Shown piece by piece: positions 29,547-35,220 of a stretch of 35,220 nucleotides of DNA. Under the pieces are notes generated by a model, which worked only from the letters and a program-made list of their open reading frames with translations, was not told the DNA's origin and ran no database searches. The position numbers were made by a program, and so were the translations under genes. Source of the stretch: a virus (lineage: Duplodnaviria; Caudoviricetes); the IMG/VR virus record IMGVR_UViG_3300020042_012435, positions 1-35,220 of that record; one strand, written 5' to 3'. The number at the start of each line of letters is the position of its first letter. Position 1 is the first letter of the stretch.

Positions 29547-30164
29547 TTAAATTTCTTTATATTTCCAAATAAAACCACCTGATGATTTTTGTCTTCCTTT
29601 ACATGTTCCTATTATACCCATTTCTGATTTATAACCTAGATAATCTCTAGCTTCATTTATGCTATCCCATTCTTTAATAGGAATACCAGATAAATCACAT
29701 TGGATAACTGATTTTTTATGGGGGTTAGCATTTTTCATTCTTTGGATTGTATTGAGGGATGTTGATCTTTTTTTAGCTATACCTATTTTATCTATGTTTA
29801 CTTCTGTATAGGTAGGATTAGTTTTAGTTATTAAATGACATAAGTATATTAAATCATTATCATCAATATCTGATTTTATGTGATTAATAGCTTTATGGAC
29901 CCACCTAATATTATCTTTTTCATATCCTTTGGAACTATCAATTCTATCTAAAGAGGCTGTGTTTAAATGGTAATTATAAGATATTGTAGCGTTTACAATA
30001 TTAATATCTACCTTTGTTAAAGCACATTTTTTGTTTTGTTTTAAAAATAAATCCCATAAGTAATCTATATCTAAATCAAAACTTAAACCTCTTTTGATAG
30101 CGTTTGATTGTATTTTTTTAAAAAAAGTAATACAAATTTTTTCTGATGATTTTTTTCTAGCCAT
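29547..30164 (-). mobile_element. Free-standing homing endonuclease (His-Me/HNH-like plus NUMOD1)
   Basis: CALT...SLDRIDSSKGY..DNIRWVH..IN..K; C-terminal VIQCDLSG..IKEWDSINEA...KSSGGFIWKY. Confidence 0.85.
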
Positions 30165-30171
30165 GTTTATG

Positions 30172-30201
30172 TTCTATGTGTCTATACATATGCACATAGA
30201 A
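30172..30201. promoter_or_regulatory. 9-bp inverted repeat with a 12-nt loop upstream of the endonuclease start
   Basis: TTCTATGTG (30172-30180) / CACATAGAA (30193-30201). Confidence 0.55.
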
Positions 30202-30209
30202 ACTAAAAA

Positions 30210-30884
30210 TTAACCCATTTTAATCATCTCTAAAACTTCCATTTTAGCTGTTTTAGTATGATCAGCAAAAACTCCACTTACTTCACTTGTCATCATAGAA
30301 GCACCCTGGTGTTTTACACCGCGACATGAGACGCAATTGTGTGTTGCTTTAACCATAACCATTACCCCAACATTTCCTTCACAAATTTTGTCAATAGCAT
30401 TGTGAATAGCCATAGTAAGTTGTTCTTGAATAGCACCTCTACGTCCAAAATGATCAACAATGCGGTTTAATTTACTTAAACCTACCACATTACCTTCAGG
30501 ACCGGGGATGTAAGCAATGTGAACTACTCCCATAATTGTTTGGTGGTGGTGTGAGCATTGACTAATTAAAGGAATATCTTTTTCTAATACAATTCCTTGA
30601 TATCCATCACTTGGAAATGAGGTAATTTCACTCATTGGTTCATAACGACCTTTCCACAAATCAAATACATAAGCTTTAGCTACACGACGAGGAGTATCTG
30701 AACTATTGGGATCGTTTCTCCAATCACATCCTAAAGCATCTAAAAATTTACCATACGCTTCGGTTGCATTTTCTACCATGTCCCATTTTTCTTTCTCAGT
30801 AAATGGGAAACCAGGAGCAATACCATTGGCATAACCTTGTTTTACACACTCTAAATCGAGTGTAAATGTTTTATTTTTTTCCAT
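30210..30884 (-). CDS. folE: GTP cyclohydrolase I
   Basis: DTPRRVAK, CSHH, GLSKLNRIV, IQEQLT, HNCVSCRGV. Confidence 0.96.
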   Translation of the reverse strand: MEKNKTFTLDLECVKQGYANGIAPGFPFTEKEKWDMVENATEAYGKFLDALGCDWRNDPNSSDTPRRVAKAYVFDLWKGRYEPMSEITSFPSDGYQGIVLEKDIPLISQCSHHHQTIMGVVHIAYIPGPEGNVVGLSKLNRIVDHFGRRGAIQEQLTMAIHNAIDKICEGNVGVMVMVKATHNCVSCRGVKHQGASMMTSEVSGVFADHTKTAKMEVLEMIKMG

Positions 30885-30902
30885 AACTTATATTGTAATA
30901 TA

Positions 30903-31286
30903 TTAATCTTCGGGCATAAAACCAAGTATATGTGGAAGGTTTCTTTGAGTTCCATCACTTGCATCTAAACCATATCCTATTAACCAATGTTCATTTTGTA
31001 ACTCAAAACCATAAACTAGGTTTTCTGTATTTGAATAGTGTTTTTTGAACAATGTTACGGGAGTAATTGATTTAGGGTTTAAATATTGAAGATGTTTAAT
31101 TAAACGATTCATAGTATTACCTGAATCATAAATGTCATCTACTAAGTATACATCTTTTCCTTCAATATCAACTGTTATTGATTTTAAAATTCTTATCTCA
31201 CCCTGCTTAACTCCATCGTAAGATTTCGCGCTTATAAAGTCTATTTCGCATTTACCTACTTGCTTCACCAAGTCCGTAAAAAACAT
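30903..31286 (-). pseudogene. 5'-truncated copy of the HPRT-like phosphoribosyltransferase
   Basis: 127 aa colinear with residues 40-166 of 33581-34081 (107/127 identical by my count); lacks the N-terminal CVLNGA segment. Confidence 0.85.
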
Positions 31287-31415
31287 CAACAGATTAGCTT
31301 TATCAAATCAGGTATAAGAATTGTAGGTTACATTCTTATTCCCTTTAGTTTGGTACTTGCAGCCTCTGTTCTTACATTAAGTGAACTTATTGGAATTTAC
31401 GAAGAATTAGTATGA
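31278..31415 (+). pseudogene. Headless small membrane-protein gene
   Basis: KKHQQISFIKSGIRIVGYILIPFSLVLAASVLTLSELIGIYEELV*; stop overlaps the thioredoxin ATG; no in-frame ATG upstream. Confidence 0.6.
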
Positions 31416-31657
31416 GAAAAATATTTTATTTTACCGCCCCTTGGTGTGAACCATGTCAAGCATTTGGTCCTATTATGGATCAAGTATCAAAAAATTTCCC
31501 TGTTGAAAAAATTAACATCGATTACGAAACAGATAGAGCTAGAGCTGCTAATGTTATGAGTGTTCCTACTGTAGTATTAGCTGAAAATGGTCAAGAACTT
31601 CGTAGATTTGTAGGTGTTAGATCTTTTGAACAAGTAATACAATTTATTAATGGGTAG
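31412..31657 (+). CDS. Thioredoxin
   Basis: APWCEPC, VMSVPT. Confidence 0.9.
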   Translation: MRKIFYFTAPWCEPCQAFGPIMDQVSKNFPVEKINIDYETDRARAANVMSVPTVVLAENGQELRRFVGVRSFEQVIQFING

Positions 31658-32114
31658 TTTTAGATCAACAAAAGTATTTGATGGTTACTCAACAGTATTC
31701 CGTCAATGGAAAGCTGATGGAACTCATTGTCAGTTTCTTCATGGTTATGGAGTAAGTTTAAAAGTATGGTTTGAAGGTGAACTTGATGAACGTAACTGGG
31801 TTTGGGATTTTGGAGGTATGAAACGTGCTAAAGGTACTATTGATGGTATGAATCCCAAAGCATGGATGGATTATATGCTTGATCATACTACAATTATATC
31901 ACAAGATGATCCTTATTTAGAACAATTTAAAAAAATGTGGGAAGATGGTATTATACAATTACGCATTATACCAGCTACTGGAGCAGAACGTTTTGCTGAA
32001 TATTTTTATAATAAATTAAATAATTTTATTCAAAAAGAAACTAATGGACGTGTTAAAGTAGTTCAAGTTGAATTTCGTGAACATGAAAAAAATACAGCAT
32101 TTTATAAAGGATAA
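31650..32114 (+). CDS. queD: 6-carboxytetrahydropterin synthase (QueD/PTPS family)
   Basis: HCQFLHGY, WDFG, LDH, AERFA, VEFREH. Confidence 0.88.
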   Translation: MGSFRSTKVFDGYSTVFRQWKADGTHCQFLHGYGVSLKVWFEGELDERNWVWDFGGMKRAKGTIDGMNPKAWMDYMLDHTTIISQDDPYLEQFKKMWEDGIIQLRIIPATGAERFAEYFYNKLNNFIQKETNGRVKVVQVEFREHEKNTAFYKG

Positions 32115-32116
32115 TT

Positions 32117-32932
32117 ATGGACCATACTAAAGTAACAGAAAAAAATTGGAATATTCAAGAACCAGGTCGTATTTTAGATTACGATAAAAAATTACCTGTA
32201 CTAGAAGTTTATACTTGTGTACAGTCAGAAGGTTCAAGACAAGGTCGTCCAACAGTAGCAATTAGAACAACAGGTTGTACTCACAGATGTTGGTTTGGTG
32301 CTGGTGGTTGGTGTGACTCTTGGTACACGAGTATTCATCCTGAAAAAGGTATTTATACATTTAATGACATTATTAAAATTTATGATGAGAATCCTCACAT
32401 TAGAGAAATGATGTTAACTGGTGGTTCACCTACTATGCAACCTGATTTAGTTAATGAATTAACTTATTTTGCTTATGAACGTGGTATATTTATAACCATT
32501 GAAACAGAAGGTAGCCATTTTATTAAAACCGATCATCAAATTGGGCTTATATCTCTTAGCCCTAAGTTTAGTAACTCTGTCCCTAAGCTTGATGTCAATA
32601 CGCCAATGGGGAAATTGGTTGATCAAAAAATGATTGATCAACATAATAAATTCCGTTTAAATTATGAAGCAATGGAACTTATGATGCAATATCATGGTGA
32701 TTATCATTTTAAACCTGTGTGGGATGGTACTGAAGAAAACCTGAATGAAATTGAGGAATTTAGAGTTAAAATGAATATTCCTAAATGGAAAACTTGGTTG
32801 ATGCCTGCTGGTGATACTCGTGAAACACTAATTGAAATGTATCCTATTTCAATTGAAAAATGTATGGAAATGGGTTATAATTGGACAGGTAGAGATCATA
32901 TTATTGCTTACGATACTAAGAGAGCAGTTTAA
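32117..32932 (+). CDS. queE: 7-carboxy-7-deazaguanine synthase (radical SAM)
   Basis: VQSEG, IRTTGCTHRC...WCDS, LTGGSP, IETEG, SLSPK. Confidence 0.9.
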   Translation: MDHTKVTEKNWNIQEPGRILDYDKKLPVLEVYTCVQSEGSRQGRPTVAIRTTGCTHRCWFGAGGWCDSWYTSIHPEKGIYTFNDIIKIYDENPHIREMMLTGGSPTMQPDLVNELTYFAYERGIFITIETEGSHFIKTDHQIGLISLSPKFSNSVPKLDVNTPMGKLVDQKMIDQHNKFRLNYEAMELMMQYHGDYHFKPVWDGTEENLNEIEEFRVKMNIPKWKTWLMPAGDTRETLIEMYPISIEKCMEMGYNWTGRDHIIAYDTKRAV

Positions 32933-33333
32933 TGGATTTACTATCCACGCATCCAGTTAAAAAATCAGATTTAGGTTTCCACGGCAATCTATTCGGTGGT
33001 AAATTACTTAGCTGGATAGATGCTGCGGTAGCTGCTTATGCAATGGAAAAATGTAGAAGTCAAAACATGATTACTATTGCTATGGATAAGTGTGTATTTT
33101 TAAAACCCGCTAAAGAGAAACAACTTGTTAAAATATATGCTGAAATGGTAAAAGTAGGAAACACATCAGCTACTTTTAATATTGAGGCAAGAGGATATAA
33201 TGTATTTAGAGGTGATGAAGTTGTTTTATTAGCTACAAATATGACTTTTGTAAGGGTAGATGAGGAAGGAGTACCAATCCCTGTTTCCGAACAAGTAAAA
33301 CGTACATTTAAATTTCCCGAATCCAAACTTTAA
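32932..33333 (+). CDS. Hotdog-fold acyl-CoA thioesterase (YciA-like)
   Basis: HGNLFGGKLLSWIDAA, VGNTS, TFVRVDEEGVP. Confidence 0.9.
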   Translation: MDLLSTHPVKKSDLGFHGNLFGGKLLSWIDAAVAAYAMEKCRSQNMITIAMDKCVFLKPAKEKQLVKIYAEMVKVGNTSATFNIEARGYNVFRGDEVVLLATNMTFVRVDEEGVPIPVSEQVKRTFKFPESKL

Positions 33334-33344
33334 TATTTATTATA

Positions 33345-33584
33345 ATGAATATAACCTTTTTTTACACAGACGAATGTGGTAAATGTACTGAATTAAAACC
33401 ATTAGTAAATGAATTTAATAAACACTTAGGTGTTAAAATGGTAAACACATATGAAGAAGAATTGATTACTGAAGCATATGATGTAATGTGGGTACCTACT
33501 TTAATTATTGAAGATAAAACTGGAAAACACAAGTTTGAAGGTGTTGAAGAAATTAAAGAAGTTTTTAGAAAATTAGTTTTATGA
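33345..33584 (+). CDS. Thioredoxin-like protein
   Basis: ECGKC, WVPT. Confidence 0.8.
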   Translation: MNITFFYTDECGKCTELKPLVNEFNKHLGVKMVNTYEEELITEAYDVMWVPTLIIEDKTGKHKFEGVEEIKEVFRKLVL

Positions 33585-34081
33585 TATTATTTACAGAACA
33601 AGAAATTAAAAACAAAGTAGGTGAAATTGCCTACAACCTTAAAAAAAGACAACACGAAAATCCTCCCGTGTTTATATGCGTTTTAAACGGCGCCTTTATG
33701 TTTTTCACGGACTTGGTCAAACAAGTAGGTGACTGCGAAATAGACTTTGTTAGTGCGAAATCTTACGATGGAGTTAAGCAGGGTGAGATACGAATTTTAA
33801 AATCAATTACGGTTGATATTAAAGATAAAGATGTGTATCTTATTGATGACATTTATGATTCAGGTAATACTATGAATCGTTTAATTAAACATTTACAATA
33901 TAATAATCCTAAATCAATCACCCCAGTAACATTATTTAAAAAACATTATTCAAAACATTCTAATTTAGTTTATGGATTTGAATTAACCAATGAACATTGG
34001 TTGATTGGATATGGATTAGATGCTGAAAATGGATTAAAACGTAATCAAAAATTTATTACAGGCATTATGGCTGAAGATTAG
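33581..34081 (+). CDS. hpt: Hypoxanthine/guanine phosphoribosyltransferase-like type I PRTase
   Basis: CVLNGAFMFFTDL, KSY loop, LIDDIYDSGNT PRPP-binding motif, IGYGLD. Confidence 0.9.
   Translation: MILFTEQEIKNKVGEIAYNLKKRQHENPPVFICVLNGAFMFFTDLVKQVGDCEIDFVSAKSYDGVKQGEIRILKSITVDIKDKDVYLIDDIYDSGNTMNRLIKHLQYNNPKSITPVTLFKKHYSKHSNLVYGFELTNEHWLIGYGLDAENGLKRNQKFITGIMAED
33698..34081 (+). repeat. Right arm of a 384-bp imperfect inverted repeat (left arm 30903-31286)
   Basis: Ungapped alignment; perfect blocks of 36 bp (33755-33790 / 31194-31229) and 48 bp (33845-33892 / 31092-31139). Confidence 0.92.
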
Positions 34082-34096
34082 TCATATTTATAATAT

Positions 34097-35188
34097 ATGC
34101 CTAACCCAACAACTTATACAACTACTGCACCAAGTGGATCTTTTAAAGTAAGAACCCTAGCAGTAGGAATGACTGGTTCAAATTATGGAACAGGTTACGG
34201 AGGTTTAACATGGAATAATTCAGTAGATTCTACATCATGTTATGTGTTAGGAAATGATTCTTATACTTTAGGATATTCATCTCAAGGAACAGCAAAACCA
34301 GCTTTTTGGAAAACAACAGATTTAACAGACAATGCTTTTTTAACTATAGTAAATGGTCTTCCTGATAGAATAGGGCAAACAAGATTTACAACATTTTCAA
34401 GTGCTTTAAGTTGGGTATTAAATACTAGTACTTATACTTTATGGAAAGATAATGCTCCTGTTATTCAATCTGCTAAAACGGCTAAAGATTTAATTACAAC
34501 TTACCCTGCTTTATATGGAGGAGATGGATATTATAATGTTTGTCCTTCTGGAGATGGTTCTACCTTTCATAAAGTATATTGTGATATGACTACAGATGGT
34601 GGTGGATGGATGTTAGTAACAAGAAGTCATCCTACTACTATTAATTATAGTGGATCAAGTTGGGGATGGACAGGAAATACTATTGGTGGAGTTGAAAATT
34701 TTAATCAATCTTATCAAGCAGGTTGGTATAATGTTTGGAATGGAAATTCTACTTTTACTTCATTTATTTTTGGAAACCAAAGAACAAATTATGATAATAC
34801 TTGGGGCCCTTTTATCTATAAAGTTTCAGGAATAGAATATAACACATTTTTTAATTCAGATACCCAACAAGGATATACTAACAGCACATTAAAAAGTAAT
34901 ACTTCAGTTTATGGAAATGCTAGCTTTCCAGGAATGCAACAAGCAGTAGGATATACTACAAATGGTACTAATAATAACTTGTACTATATGAGAGACTGTT
35001 GTGGTTTTGCTGGATATGGAGGAGTTCCTAATCAAATGACTACAACATATTGTGGTGCTGATTTCTATTATGCCGGTCCTTGGTGTGGCGGTGCAACAAC
35101 TACTAATGGAGTGTATGATTTTAATAGTTTTACTTCTAATGGGTTATTATATGGTGGAACTAGTCAATATATGATTTTTGTAAAATGA
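34097..35188 (+). CDS. Fibrinogen-like domain protein, probable virion/adhesin
   Basis: GYYNV...VYCDMTTDGGGWMLV signature; Gly/Thr/Tyr/Asn-rich; ATATTTATA upstream. Confidence 0.75.
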   Translation: MPNPTTYTTTAPSGSFKVRTLAVGMTGSNYGTGYGGLTWNNSVDSTSCYVLGNDSYTLGYSSQGTAKPAFWKTTDLTDNAFLTIVNGLPDRIGQTRFTTFSSALSWVLNTSTYTLWKDNAPVIQSAKTAKDLITTYPALYGGDGYYNVCPSGDGSTFHKVYCDMTTDGGGWMLVTRSHPTTINYSGSSWGWTGNTIGGVENFNQSYQAGWYNVWNGNSTFTSFIFGNQRTNYDNTWGPFIYKVSGIEYNTFFNSDTQQGYTNSTLKSNTSVYGNASFPGMQQAVGYTTNGTNNNLYYMRDCCGFAGYGGVPNQMTTTYCGADFYYAGPWCGGATTTNGVYDFNSFTSNGLLYGGTSQYMIFVK

Positions 35189-35220
35189 GAAAAGTTTATT
35201 ATAAATTAACAGACAATAGT

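Noticed and set aside
31287-31289. TTG start for an independent short HPRT as given in the ORF track
   Set aside because: Similarity to the full copy begins at ATG 31286; the TTG belongs to the unrelated sequence across the junction and the product would lack the N-terminal core segment
30903-34081. HPRT duplicate as a DGR template/variable repeat pair
   Set aside because: Differences are not adenine-specific (e.g. TTT/TTC, GTG/GTC, AGC/AGT) and no reverse transcriptase is present

Overview
AT-rich, densely coding 35 kb segment of a large tailed dsDNA phage, most likely infecting Bacteroidota. Nine copies of a TTTG-N20-TATATT(T/A)A promoter match the Bacteroidota -33/-7 architecture, and one ORF ends in a type IX secretion-like C-terminal signal. 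Genes from 1 to 31286 are on the minus strand. They comprise an accessory region (T9SS-like cargo, SGNH esterase, lytic transglycosylase, SWIM, HNH-like and DksA/TraR proteins), a large glycosylation block (about 7 glycosyltransferases, RmlD-like reductase, ColD/E1-like PLP enzyme, 2 methyltransferases, one of them frameshift-split), a T4-style replisome (PolB, clamp, two clamp-loader subunits, PD-(D/E)XK nuclease), GroES/GroEL, a dUTPase/dCTP deaminase, a cassette-like array sharing an MTNNK start, a homing endonuclease and folE. At about 31280 polarity switches with no intergenic gap. The plus strand carries thioredoxin, queD, queE, a thioesterase, a second thioredoxin, an HPRT-like phosphoribosyltransferase and a fibrinogen-like protein. 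The 2.4 kb que block is flanked by a 384-bp inverted, diverged duplication of the HPRT gene. The leading hypothesis is a 7-deazaguanine pathway coupled to a PRTase and a PolB with altered active-site motifs, possibly incorporating the base before replication. No queC or dpdA was recognised in this window. All calls come from motif recognition by eye; no searches were run.
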